A stretch of DNA of 59,228 nt from NCBI GenBank assembly GCA_036390735.1, contig DASWBF010000091.1:1-59228 (forward strand). Direction: 5' to 3'. This stretch comes from Mycobacterium sp. (lineage in GTDB: Bacteria; Actinomycetota; Actinomycetes; Mycobacteriales; Mycobacteriaceae). The notes beneath the pieces are model-generated. The model was not told where the DNA came from. It ran no database searches and worked only from the letters and a program-made list of their open reading frames with translations. The stretch's first letter is position 1; each line of letters begins with the position of its first letter. Positions 49,832 to 59,228 of this stretch are shown here, piece by piece. The position numbers were made by a program, and so were the translations under genes.

Positions 49832-51660
49832 CGGTCGAGATCCGCTCGCCGATGGCGGGCACGGTGATCGCAGTCGACGTCTCTACGGGACAGACCGTGG
49901 CCGCCGGTGCGGTGCTCGCCGTCGTCGAAGCAATGAAGATGCATCATTCGCTTCACGCAGAACACGGCGGACGCGTCGAGGACATCCGCGTCAAACCGGG
50001 CGACATCGTGGCAGCAGGCGACGCCGTGATCCTGCTCGATCCCTCCGACGCCGGCAACACAGCCGCGCCCGAAGAGCAGCAGATCGACCTCGACGAGATC
50101 CGTCCCGATCTGGCCGCGCTTTTCGAGCGGCGTGCCAAGTTGCTCGACGAGGACCGGCCGCAGGCCGTCGCCCGTCGTCACGACCGTGGAATGCGCACCG
50201 CGCGAGAGAACATTGCCGACCTCACCGACGACGGCCTGCTGGTCGAGTACGGCGGCTTCGCCGTCGCCGCGCAACGAGGCCGGCGCACGATCTCCGATTT
50301 GGAAGCAGCCACCCCCGCCGATGGCGTCATCACGGGCCTCGGCCGGGTCAACGGCGAAAAGTTCGGACCGCAACGATCGACGTGCGCCATCGTGGCCTAC
50401 GACTACACCGTCCTGTCGGGCACCCAAGGCCACTTCAGCCACCGCAAGACCGACAGGATCCTGCAACAGGCCCGGCGGCACCGCTATCCCGTGGTGCTGT
50501 TCGCCGAGGGCGCGGGCGGACGCCCCGGCGACACCGACGCGCCGAACGTGGCGGGGCTGCACTACACCACGTTCGCCGAGATGGGCGCGCTGTCCGGTGT
50601 CGTTCCGATGATCGGGGTGGTCGCCGGGCGCTGCTTTGCGGGCAACGCCGCGCTGCTCGGCACGTGCGACGTCATCATCGCCACCGCCGACGCAACCATC
50701 GGCATGGCCGGCCCGGTGATGATCGAGGGAGGCGGACTGGGCACCTTCACTCCCGAACAGGTGGGCCCGATCGACGTGCAGACCCGCAACGGGGTCGTCG
50801 ACATCGCGGTGGCCGACGAGGCGGAAGCGGTCACCGCCGCGAAGCGGTACCTGGCCTACTTCCAGGGCGCGCTGCCCGACTACGAGGTGGCCGAGCAGCG
50901 TTCGCTCCGCCACCTGGTGCCCGAGAACCGCCAACTCGCCTACGACGTGCGCGCGGTCGTGCGCACGCTGTGCGACGTGGATTCGGTGCAGGAGTTGCGG
51001 CGCGCGTTCGGCACGTGCGTCGTCACCGCGCTGGCCCGCATCGAGGGCCGATCCGTGGGCGTGATCGCCAACGATCCCGCCGTGCTCGGTGGCGCGATCG
51101 ATGCCGACGGCGCCGACAAGCTCGCCCGGTTCCTGCAGCTGTGCGACGCGTTCGGCGTTCGTCGTTTCCCTTTGCGACACACCGGGATTCATGGTCGGCC
51201 CGACGCGGAGAAGGCGGCAACGGTGCGTCACTTCTCGCGGCTGTTCGTGCTCGGCGGCCATTTGAGCGTGCCGATGATCACGGTCGTGCTGCGCAAGGGA
51301 TACGGCCTCGGCGCGATGGCGATGGCGGCCGGATGCTTCCACAACACCTCCGCGACCGTGGCGTGGCCGACCGGCGAGTTCGGCGGGATGAACCTCGAAG
51401 GCGCAGTGCGCATCGCGGCCCGAGGCACACTCAGTGCCATAGCGGATGCCGACGAGCGGCAGAGGACTTATGACGAGATGCTGGCCGCCGCATATCGCGA
51501 CGGCAGCGCAATGAACACGGCATCGCATCTGGAGATCGACGACGTGATCGACCCTGCCGAGACACGCGCCGTCATCGCGGCGACGCTGCTGTCAGCGGCG
51601 CGGCCGACCGGTGACGGCTGGGCCAACCCGAACCGCCGCGCCGGAATCGACACGTGGTAA
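49828..51660 (+). CDS. Biotinyl-domain + carboxyltransferase fusion (acyl-CoA carboxylase-like), with a compensated frameshift
   Basis: EAMKM, FAEGAGGRPG and GMAGP; the DTPG motif is out of frame at ~51160-51201. Confidence 0.88.
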   Translation: MTVEIRSPMAGTVIAVDVSTGQTVAAGAVLAVVEAMKMHHSLHAEHGGRVEDIRVKPGDIVAAGDAVILLDPSDAGNTAAPEEQQIDLDEIRPDLAALFERRAKLLDEDRPQAVARRHDRGMRTARENIADLTDDGLLVEYGGFAVAAQRGRRTISDLEAATPADGVITGLGRVNGEKFGPQRSTCAIVAYDYTVLSGTQGHFSHRKTDRILQQARRHRYPVVLFAEGAGGRPGDTDAPNVAGLHYTTFAEMGALSGVVPMIGVVAGRCFAGNAALLGTCDVIIATADATIGMAGPVMIEGGGLGTFTPEQVGPIDVQTRNGVVDIAVADEAEAVTAAKRYLAYFQGALPDYEVAEQRSLRHLVPENRQLAYDVRAVVRTLCDVDSVQELRRAFGTCVVTALARIEGRSVGVIANDPAVLGGAIDADGADKLARFLQLCDAFGVRRFPLRHTGIHGRPDAEKAATVRHFSRLFVLGGHLSVPMITVVLRKGYGLGAMAMAAGCFHNTSATVAWPTGEFGGMNLEGAVRIAARGTLSAIADADERQRTYDEMLAAAYRDGSAMNTASHLEIDDVIDPAETRAVIAATLLSAARPTGDGWANPNRRAGIDTW

Positions 51661-51663
51661 GCG

Positions 51664-52146
51664 TCAGCCGAGCTCGTCGGCCACCGTCTTCGCCCATTGC
51701 TGCACATGTGCCGCGTCGCGCCAGTCGCCGGCCTTGGTCTTGGCCATAGCGCTGGCCGGGAAACCCTTCGCGTCGGGCGCGAGCCGTCCGCCAAAGGTCA
51801 CATGCCCGCGCGCTCCGACAAGAGCAGCGAGCTTCTGCACCTGACGCGTCGGCGGAATGTCGCGCTGCTCGGCAGAGTCGTCCAGCGGACCCGAACTGAC
51901 CAGCCACACCGGCAGGTCCTGCAACAGTTTACGGTTTCGCTTGACGAAGCGGCGGGCGTCGCGGTGCCAGCGGTTGGCGTACAGCGCGCCGGCCACGATC
52001 ACCGCGTCAACGCCCTCGGGGCGGCGGACCTCCTTGGCGGGCGCCACGAGCACATCGTGCCCGAGGTCGCGCAGCGCGTCCCCGATCATCGTCGCCAATC
52101 CGGCGGTGCCATGCCGTTCTGAACCGAACGCAACAAGAATGTGCAT
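51664..52146 (-). CDS. Flavodoxin-domain protein (HemG-like)
   Basis: ILVAFGSERHGT, WLVSSGPL, FGGRL and GDWRD. Confidence 0.88.
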   Translation of the reverse strand: MHILVAFGSERHGTAGLATMIGDALRDLGHDVLVAPAKEVRRPEGVDAVIVAGALYANRWHRDARRFVKRNRKLLQDLPVWLVSSGPLDDSAEQRDIPPTRQVQKLAALVGARGHVTFGGRLAPDAKGFPASAMAKTKAGDWRDAAHVQQWAKTVADELG

Positions 52147-52157
52147 GCTCCGATCCT

Positions 52158-52220
52158 CGTGGGACAGGCGTTCCCGCTGTAGAGGCACATTGCCCGGTGT
52201 GAGAGGACCATCGCCCCTTC
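52158..52220. promoter_or_regulatory. Putative DosR boxes in a divergent promoter
   Basis: GGGAC-aggc-GTTCC (52161) and AGGAC-catc-GCCCC (52204), 43 bp apart. Confidence 0.45.
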
Positions 52221-52252
52221 CGAAGTGCGACCGCAGGGCGCATCGTAGTGTC

Positions 52253-53662
52253 ATGGGGCATTTGTCGATGCTTGACGCGAGCTTTCTCGAAGCCGAAGAC
52301 TCCGACCGCCACGTCAGTCTCGCGATCGGTTCGGTGTGCGTGCTCGAAGGCCCGATGCCAGACGACGACGCGCTCGTATCCGGGCTCGCGGAGAGAGTGC
52401 AGACGGTTCCGCGGTTCAGACAGGTGCTGCGCACGCATCTGCTGGACATCGAAGCGCCGGAATGGGTCGAGGCGCCCAACTTCGACATCTCCCACCACGT
52501 GCACCGCGTCGCGGTTCCCCACCCCGGCGATGACGCGGCGCTTTTCCGGCTCACCGCCGACGTGATGGAGCGACGGCTCGACCGGGATCTCCCGCTGTGG
52601 GAGTGCTGGATCGTCGAGGGCCTGCCGGACGGCCAGTGGGCCATGATCATGAAGATGCACCACTGCATCGCCGACGGCATCGCGACGATGCACATGCTCA
52701 CCGGAATGAACGACGGCGGCGAGGGCGACACGTACGCCGCCGACATCCGAGCCGCGCACGAGCCGCCACCGCGCCGACTGGGGTTGCCCCAGTTCAGCCC
52801 CGACCCCCGCAAGTGGGTCAGCGGCGCGTGGGAGAGGTCGACGTCGCTGGTGGGTGGCGCCACCCGCGCGTTGGGCGGGACCATCGAAATCCTCGGCGGC
52901 ATGCTGCGTCCTGCCCCGACCTCGTCGCTCGTGGGTCCGGTAGCCACCATGCGGCGCTACGCCGCGGCCGAGGTGTCCCTCGACGACGTGAAAAAGGTCG
53001 CCCACGCATACGACATGACGCTCAACGACGTCGCGCTGGCCGCGATCACCGATGCATACCGCGCTGCACTGATTCGCCGCGGCGAGAAGCCACAACGCAA
53101 TTCGCTGCGCACGCTGGTACCGGTGTCGGTGCGCTCCAACGACGAAGTCGGCAAGGTCGACAACCGGGTATCGCTGATGCTGCCGCACCTTCCCGTCGAA
53201 TTGTCGGACCCTGAAGACCAACTCCGCGCTGTGCACAGACGATTGATGCAAGCCAAAGAAAGCGGACAGCGGCAGGCGGGAGCCGCGTTCATGTCAGCGG
53301 CAAACATGATTCCGTTCCCGCTGAGCGCGTGGACGGTGCGGGCGATGACGCGACGTCCCCAGCGGGGGGTTGCCGCACTGGCGACGAACGTGCCCGGTCC
53401 ACGCCATCCGACGCAGATCATGGGCCACAAGGTGAAGCGGCTCTTCCCGATCCCGCCGATCGCGCTCGGGCTGCGGACGGGAATCGCGATCGTGAGCTAC
53501 GCCGACACGCTGATCTTCGGCATCACCGGCGATTACGACACCGCCCCGGACGTCGACGACATCGCCCGCGGCATCGAGCGCGCAGTGACACGTCTCGTCG
53601 GGATCGCGTCAGGGTCTCGCCACGCCGTCCCACTGCATGCGAACTTGCGTTCCGGCAGTTGA
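52253..53662 (+). CDS. WS/DGAT triacylglycerol synthase
   Basis: HHCIADG catalytic motif, LDRDLPLWE, TLNDV and TNVPGP. Confidence 0.96.
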   Translation: MGHLSMLDASFLEAEDSDRHVSLAIGSVCVLEGPMPDDDALVSGLAERVQTVPRFRQVLRTHLLDIEAPEWVEAPNFDISHHVHRVAVPHPGDDAALFRLTADVMERRLDRDLPLWECWIVEGLPDGQWAMIMKMHHCIADGIATMHMLTGMNDGGEGDTYAADIRAAHEPPPRRLGLPQFSPDPRKWVSGAWERSTSLVGGATRALGGTIEILGGMLRPAPTSSLVGPVATMRRYAAAEVSLDDVKKVAHAYDMTLNDVALAAITDAYRAALIRRGEKPQRNSLRTLVPVSVRSNDEVGKVDNRVSLMLPHLPVELSDPEDQLRAVHRRLMQAKESGQRQAGAAFMSAANMIPFPLSAWTVRAMTRRPQRGVAALATNVPGPRHPTQIMGHKVKRLFPIPPIALGLRTGIAIVSYADTLIFGITGDYDTAPDVDDIARGIERAVTRLVGIASGSRHAVPLHANLRSGS

Positions 53663-54055
53663 TGTTTCGATCGTGACGCGGTCCGACAGCGCTTTCATCA
53701 GCGGAATTCCCCGTCCGCGAGTACGGGCGGGGGGCCCGGGATTGGGCATGCGCCAGACGCCTTGGTCGGCAATCGTCGCCGTCAAACTCGCGGAATCCGG
53801 GTCATAGTGTGCAATCAGATCCATCATTCCCGGGCGATCCGTGGTCACATACGCGAATTCCGCCGCGTTGGCCAGTGCTTCATTGATCGCCAGCACCAGA
53901 TCACTGGATCGGATCGGGTCTAGGCCGAAGAACCGCTGAAGCCATCCGGCGAATTCTTCCCGGATGCGCGAGGCACTTTCGGCATCGGCCGGGATGCCGA
54001 TGCGCGCGAAACGTTCGGCATTGGCGACGTCGGCCCGAGACGTTGAATCGATCAT
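53609..54055 (-). CDS. RsbW-like anti-sigma factor / HATPase
   Basis: NEALANA N-box, DQG and RGRGIPLM. Confidence 0.9.
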   Translation of the reverse strand: MIDSTSRADVANAERFARIGIPADAESASRIREEFAGWLQRFFGLDPIRSSDLVLAINEALANAAEFAYVTTDRPGMMDLIAHYDPDSASLTATIADQGVWRMPNPGPPARTRGRGIPLMKALSDRVTIETSTAGTQVRMQWDGVARP

Positions 54056-54087
54056 GGTGGTTGATGACTACCCGGCGAAGCCTCTTT

Positions 54088-54456
54088 CTACGCGCTCAGC
54101 GCGGACAGTGCCTCGTCACGAGTTGCATACAGTTCGATCAGATCGGCAATACCGACGAGCTTGAGCGGGCGACTGGTTGCCGGCCCATCCGCGACCACGC
54201 AGAACCGCATGTCGGGCGTCACCTCGTCGTGCACCGCGACCAGAACACCCATTCCCGCCGACGCCAAGAATTCGACTTCTGCGAAATCGACCACAAGGCC
54301 GCCCGGCTTCTTGTCGAGCGCAGCCCGGATCGCCTGCTCCAGCTGCGGCGCAGTGAGCATGTCCACGACGCCAGAAACGGACACGACCACGACCCGGCCG
54401 ACCCATTCTTCGTCGACGACGCAGCCGGTGGTCTTTGTTGCATGTTGTTCGTCCAC
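54088..54456 (-). CDS. STAS anti-sigma-factor antagonist
   Basis: SGVVDMLTAP and DFAEVEFLASAG; GGAGGT SD before GTG 54456. Confidence 0.92.
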   Translation of the reverse strand: MDEQHATKTTGCVVDEEWVGRVVVVSVSGVVDMLTAPQLEQAIRAALDKKPGGLVVDFAEVEFLASAGMGVLVAVHDEVTPDMRFCVVADGPATSRPLKLVGIADLIELYATRDEALSALSA

Positions 54457-54570
54457 AGTCACCTCCGGTGTGGATTCCGCTCGCGAGGCTGCGGTCTGAA
54501 CCTGCAAGGTCAGTCAATGTCGTTAGCGCCGATGACGACGCAACTGGAAACAGAGTAACCCAGGGTCCTG

Positions 54571-56181
54571 CTATCGAAGATCCCGACGGCGAAACGCCGC
54601 CAGAGCGACGGCGATCAGCGCCGCGTCGATCAGCAACAGCCATGCCACGGGGGCCAGCCGGAACGGCTCGCCGGGTATTCGCTGGGTGTGGGTGAACGGG
54701 ACCAGGTCGAGCAGCCAGTGCGGGAAGCCGGCAATGGACCCCAGCAGGTACAGCGCGACGAAACCGATGAGCACCGCCCATGCGACCGTGGCGAACCGTG
54801 GCATCAGCCCGAACAGCGCCACAGTGATCGCAGGCAGCATCCAGATCGCCGGCAGCTGGAGGGCCGCGAGCGCCATCACCGTGCCCAGTTTGGTCGCCAC
54901 GGCACCGGCGGCGACCCCATACGCCAGGCCCGCGACGACGCCGGCGGCCAGGATCGCGACGGCTGACCCCGTGATCGCGGGTACGAGGTGACTCGCGGCC
55001 CACCTGATCCGTCCGACGGCCGTGGTGAGTACCGCCTCGCCGCGTTGCGCGGCCTCCTCCTGGTGCAACCGCAGTGCGGCCGACACGCCCTGCGCCGCGG
55101 CGGTGACCGCGAGAATGCTGAAAGCGATTGCCAGGAAAGAATTTTCGATTGCCGTCGATCCACCCAGCCGATTGACGATCTCGCGAATCGTCGGGTTGTC
55201 GCCCCACTGGTTGCCCATGCCGTACACGACGTTGCCAACCAGGCCGCCGTAGAGGCACAGCCCGATCGTCCAGGCCAGCAGCGACCCGCGATGTAGCCGC
55301 CACGCAAGGCCGAACGGACCTGACAGCGCCGGAGACGCGGTTGCCGGGCCGGGCCGGTCGGCGATCAGTCCGGCGCCGAGATCGCGGCGGCGCAGCAGCA
55401 GGTACGCGACGGTGGTCAGCGCTGCCGTGGTGCACAGGTGCAGAAGCAGCACCGGCCACCGGTCACCGGCATACGGACGGACCTGCAATGACCAACCCAG
55501 CGGCGAGAGCCACGACAATGTTCCGGAGCTGGCATCGCCGACCGCACGCAGCGCGAACGCGGCGCCGAGGACCGCGAACGCGATGCCGCGTGCAGTGCGC
55601 GCGTTGGTGCTGAGTTGGGCGGCCACCGCGGCGACAGAAGAGAACACCAGCCCCGACCCGGCCAGCGCGAACCCGAACGCGACCGAGCCGGACGGCTCGG
55701 CGTCGGTGGTAAGCAGACACGCGATGCCGATGAGTCCGGTGGCCACCGACGCGCCGAACGCCAGGAGCAGCGCCGCAGTGAGGCCCGCGTAGCGGCCGAC
55801 AGCCGTCGAGTCCAGCAGTTCGGCGCGACCCGTCTCCTCCTCGGCCCTGGTGTGGCGGATGACCGTCAGGATCACAGCCACGCCGATCAGCAGGTGGAAC
55901 AAACCCGCCTTCCAGAGCCCCACCGCACCGATGCTGTCGTTGTAGACGTTTCCGTACAGCGCGCGCTGGGCGCTGCTCGACATGATCGTGGCCGCGAGTT
56001 GCGCCCGGTCGGCAGCGGTCGGAGAGACGCTTTCGATGCTCGCGACATAGACGGTGGACAGCGGCACGGATAGCAGCAACATCCACAGCGGCAACACGAT
56101 TCGGTCCCGCCGGACGAACAGCCGCAGCAGTCCCCGGGTCCCGGTCAATGTGGTGTTCGCGCCGACCGCGACGGCGGTCAC
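54571..56181 (-). CDS. ABC-2 type exporter permease
   Basis: [15 protein letters not shown] and WLSPLGW; duplicated halves, ~12 TM. Confidence 0.9.
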   Translation of the reverse strand: MTAVAVGANTTLTGTRGLLRLFVRRDRIVLPLWMLLLSVPLSTVYVASIESVSPTAADRAQLAATIMSSSAQRALYGNVYNDSIGAVGLWKAGLFHLLIGVAVILTVIRHTRAEEETGRAELLDSTAVGRYAGLTAALLLAFGASVATGLIGIACLLTTDAEPSGSVAFGFALAGSGLVFSSVAAVAAQLSTNARTARGIAFAVLGAAFALRAVGDASSGTLSWLSPLGWSLQVRPYAGDRWPVLLLHLCTTAALTTVAYLLLRRRDLGAGLIADRPGPATASPALSGPFGLAWRLHRGSLLAWTIGLCLYGGLVGNVVYGMGNQWGDNPTIREIVNRLGGSTAIENSFLAIAFSILAVTAAAQGVSAALRLHQEEAAQRGEAVLTTAVGRIRWAASHLVPAITGSAVAILAAGVVAGLAYGVAAGAVATKLGTVMALAALQLPAIWMLPAITVALFGLMPRFATVAWAVLIGFVALYLLGSIAGFPHWLLDLVPFTHTQRIPGEPFRLAPVAWLLLIDAALIAVALAAFRRRDLR

Positions 56182-57065
56182 GCCGCCACCCGGTAGTGAC
56201 GCAGGAACAGCTCTTCGAGCGTGGGCGGCTGGCTGACCAGCGTGCGCACGCCGGTATCACCCAGTACGCGAATGAGTTCCCCGAGGCTGCCGGCATCGAC
56301 CTGCGCGTAGACGGTGTTGCCTTCGACCGTGACGTCCTCGACGCCAGGGATCCGGCTGAGATCGGGTGGCGGGCCGGCCAGTTCGGCCTTGATCGACGTG
56401 CGGCTGAGGTGCCGCATCGATTCCAGTGTGCCGCTCTCGACGGTCTTGCCCGCCCGGATGATTGTCACCTTCTCGCACAGCACCTCCATCTCCGAGAGGA
56501 TGTGGCTGGAGAGCAAGACGGTGACGCCACGGTCACGGGCCTCGATCACGCACTCACGAAACACACGCTCCATCAACGGGTCCAGCCCGGAGCTCGGCTC
56601 GTCAAGCAGGAGCAATCGCGCTCGCGAGGACAAGGCCGAGATCAGCGAGACCTTCTGGCGGTTGCCTTTCGAATACGTGCGCGCCTTCTTCTTGGGGTCG
56701 AAGTCGAAGCGCTCGATCAGTTCGGCGCGGCGCCCTTCGTCGATGCCGCCGCGCATCCGGGCGAGCAGGTCGATGATCTCGCCGCCGGTCAGCGACGGCC
56801 ACAACGTGACATCGCCGGGGACGTAGGCGATCTCGCGATGCAGAGCCACCGCGTCGCGCCACGGGTCGCGACCCAAGAGGCCCGCGTGGCCGGACGTGGC
56901 GCGCAGCACGCCGAGCAGCACCCGGATGGTGGTCGTCTTTCCGGAGCCGTTGGGCCCGAGGAAGCCGTGAATTTCGCCTTCGTTGACCGTCAGGTCCAAC
57001 CCGTCGAGGGCGCGCACGCGGCCGAAATGTTTATGCAGATCCGAAACTTCGATAACAGCTGTCAT
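56178..57065 (-). CDS. ABC exporter ATP-binding protein
   Basis: [21 protein letters not shown] and SSH. Confidence 0.95.
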   Translation of the reverse strand: MTAVIEVSDLHKHFGRVRALDGLDLTVNEGEIHGFLGPNGSGKTTTIRVLLGVLRATSGHAGLLGRDPWRDAVALHREIAYVPGDVTLWPSLTGGEIIDLLARMRGGIDEGRRAELIERFDFDPKKKARTYSKGNRQKVSLISALSSRARLLLLDEPSSGLDPLMERVFRECVIEARDRGVTVLLSSHILSEMEVLCEKVTIIRAGKTVESGTLESMRHLSRTSIKAELAGPPPDLSRIPGVEDVTVEGNTVYAQVDAGSLGELIRVLGDTGVRTLVSQPPTLEELFLRHYRVAA

Positions 57066-57083
57066 TCCCCCGCCTGGTCGTCC

Positions 57084-57338
57084 TCAATTCACTGCGGTCA
57101 GCCGGGCGTCGACGTAGCGCACGACGTCGCCCAGCGTTCGCAAAGAAGCGTAGTCCGACTCGGGGATCTCGACCTGCAGCCTCTTGTGAATCCCGATGAG
57201 GAAGTTCAGCCAGTCCATGGAATCCAGGTCCACCTGGTCACGCAGCAACTCGTCGTCGGTGATCTCGTCGGCGTCCACTTCGGGGGCGATGCCCGTCAAG
57301 ACCGACAACACCTCGGTGCGAATATCATTAGCGTTCAC
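57084..57338 (-). CDS. Acyl carrier protein
   Basis: Acidic 84 aa; LDSMD phosphopantetheine motif. Confidence 0.9.
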   Translation of the reverse strand: MNANDIRTEVLSVLTGIAPEVDADEITDDELLRDQVDLDSMDWLNFLIGIHKRLQVEIPESDYASLRTLGDVVRYVDARLTAVN

Positions 57339-57344
57339 TGGCTT

Positions 57345-58544
57345 TCACCCCTCGAGTTGGTCGGGCTGCTGGAGCAGCTCGTTTATCGCCGCGAGGAACA
57401 GCGCGCCGCGGTGTCCGTCGCTCGCCCGGTGATCCGCTGCGAGCGTGGCCTGCACATTGGTGGTGACCCGAATTCCTTTGTCGATCACCGAGACCCGCTG
57501 CGCGGTCTTGCCGAAACCGACCAGCGCGACCTGCGGCGGGTAGATCACTCCGAACACGCTGTCAACGCCCTGATCGCCGAGATTGGTGACGGTGATGGTG
57601 GGGTCCGACATCTCGGAGCTGCGCAGTGAGAAAGCCCTGGCCCGTGCCACCAGGTCGGTGAGGTCGCTCATCAACTCGTCGAGCTTCTTGGTGTCGACGT
57701 TGTGGACCGCCGGTGCCACCAAGCCGCCGGCGCGTAGCGAGATGGCCACGCCGACGTGGACGTCCGAGACAGCCTCGAACCCGTCGTCCCGATAGAATCC
57801 GTTGAACTCCTTGAAGCGCTTCGCTGCCAGCGCGACCGCCTTCAGTTGCAGCACAGCCGGCAGCACACGCTCGGTGATCGACAGCTGGGCGTTGCGTTCG
57901 GCCAACCACGTCAGCGCGGTGTCCATGATCACGTCGTCGGCCAGGTAGTAGTGCGGAATCTCGCGCTTGGACCGGCTCATCGCGGCCGCGATCGAGCGCC
58001 GCATCGCTGTCGCGCGGTCGGTGGCCACCGCCGGTTTGGGCTCGGGCACCTTCACCGCGGCGGCGTGCTCGACGTCGGTGATGGTCACCGCGCCCTGCGG
58101 GCCGGTGCCGGTGACGGCTTCGATGTCGACGCCGAGCGATGTGGCGACACGGCGCGCTGCCGGCGATACCCAGCGCCGTCGGTGCGGCGGAAGCGGCGCC
58201 GCCATCGCCGCCCGCGGTGCCGGCACGACCTCAGGAGCGGCGGCCGGCGCCTCCTCGGCCGCCTCCACGGTCGGCGCGACCGATGGCGTTGGGGGCGAGG
58301 CAGTTTCGCCCGCCTCCAGCAACGTGGCAAGAGCCGCTCCCACTTGGACGGTTTCCCCGACCGGCACGAGCAGTTCGTGCACCGTGCCCTCGTGCCAGCA
58401 TTCGATTTCGACTGCGGCCTTCGTGGTCTCGACCACCGCCACGATCTGGCCACGGGTCACCTTGTCACCGGGTTTGACGCGCCACTCGTTCAGCGTGCCC
58501 TCGTCCATGTCCGCGCCGAGGGCTGGCATCTTGAATTCGATCAT
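57345..58544 (-). CDS. 2-oxoacid dehydrogenase E2 (dihydrolipoamide acyltransferase)
   Basis: Lipoyl ETTKA, PSBD (SPAARR...GTGPQG) and DHRASDG. Confidence 0.95.
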   Translation of the reverse strand: MIEFKMPALGADMDEGTLNEWRVKPGDKVTRGQIVAVVETTKAAVEIECWHEGTVHELLVPVGETVQVGAALATLLEAGETASPPTPSVAPTVEAAEEAPAAAPEVVPAPRAAMAAPLPPHRRRWVSPAARRVATSLGVDIEAVTGTGPQGAVTITDVEHAAAVKVPEPKPAVATDRATAMRRSIAAAMSRSKREIPHYYLADDVIMDTALTWLAERNAQLSITERVLPAVLQLKAVALAAKRFKEFNGFYRDDGFEAVSDVHVGVAISLRAGGLVAPAVHNVDTKKLDELMSDLTDLVARARAFSLRSSEMSDPTITVTNLGDQGVDSVFGVIYPPQVALVGFGKTAQRVSVIDKGIRVTTNVQATLAADHRASDGHRGALFLAAINELLQQPDQLEG

Positions 58545-59228
58545 TGGCGGTCACCGAACAGGCCCTGTACCGCCGCGACGATTTTGTCCGGTTGCGGCAG
58601 CGCCGCCTGTTCCAGGTGCTTCGCGTACGGAATCGGCACCTCTGCGGTGCAGACGCGGGCGATCGGGGCGTCGAGGTCGAAGAACGCGTTCTCGACGATG
58701 CGGGCGCTGATTTCGGCGGCCAGGCTGCCGCTGCGCCAGGCCTCATCGACCACCACGGCGCGGTGAGTCTTGCGGACGGACTCGACGATAGTGGCGGTGT
58801 CGAGCGGCCGGAGCACACGTAGATCGATGACCTCGGAGTCGATTCCGGCCAGCGACAACTCGTTGGCGGCGTCGAGTGCCTTGGGCACGCAGCCGCCGTA
58901 AGCGATCACCGTGACGTCCGATCCGGTGCGCCGGACCGCGGCGCTCGAGATGTCGGTGGGCGTCAACGTATCGACGTCGGCTGCGGCGTTGTACAGCTGG
59001 ACGTGTTCGAAGATGAGCACCGGGTCCGGGTCGGCGAGCGCCGAGGGCAGCATGCCGTAGGCGTCGGCCACCGTCGCCGGAGCGACCACCTTGATTCCCG
59101 GAACATGTGCGTACCAGCATTCCAGGCTGTGCGAGTGCTGGGCGGCCAGCTGCCGGCCGGCGCCGGTGGCCATCCGCACGACCAGCGGCACGGAGAACTG
59201 GCCGCCGGACATATGCCGAAGTGCCGCA
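58541..59228 (-). CDS. Pyruvate dehydrogenase-like E1 beta subunit (5' end off the window)
   Basis: [30 protein letters not shown] and LDAP. Confidence 0.95.
   Translation of the reverse strand, partial: AALRHMSGGQFSVPLVVRMATGAGRQLAAQHSHSLECWYAHVPGIKVVAPATVADAYGMLPSALADPDPVLIFEHVQLYNAAADVDTLTPTDISSAAVRRTGSDVTVIAYGGCVPKALDAANELSLAGIDSEVIDLRVLRPLDTATIVESVRKTHRAVVVDEAWRSGSLAAEISARIVENAFFDLDAPIARVCTAEVPIPYAKHLEQAALPQPDKIVAAVQGLFGDRQ

Overview
High-GC mycobacterial (Mycolicibacterium-like) chromosomal segment, syntenic from recall with the M. tuberculosis Rv2364c-Rv2438c region. Core genes, in order: era, cdd-like, hemolysin/CorC, ybeY, phoH, rsmE, dnaJ2, hrcA, hemW, sirA-cysH-che1, the sulfate ABC operon subI-cysTWA, a GH15 trehalase, lepA, the CP-ATP-grasp/alpha-E/transglutaminase operon, rpsT, holA-comEC-comEA, degV, octT, gpgP, rsfS, nadD, a vWA/MoxR pair, proA, rbsK and nadE. 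After nadE comes an accessory block: mycolic-acid methyltransferase, sirtuin, biotin carboxyltransferase, flavodoxin, WS/DGAT, an anti-sigma pair, an ABC exporter, ACP and PDH-like E2/E1beta. Features absent from the ORF track that I read from the DNA: two leaderless Cys-rich leader peptides, a 28-aa membrane micro-protein, a family of ~62-64 bp intergenic palindromes, a MIRU-like mini-ORF repeat, a PafBC-type promoter plus a DnaA-box 9-mer upstream of comEA, a likely ATC start for lepA, two pseudogenes split by cargo insertions with no IS, and a compensated frameshift. No rRNA, tRNA, CRISPR array or intact transposase was seen. All family assignments come from motif recognition and recall, not database searches.
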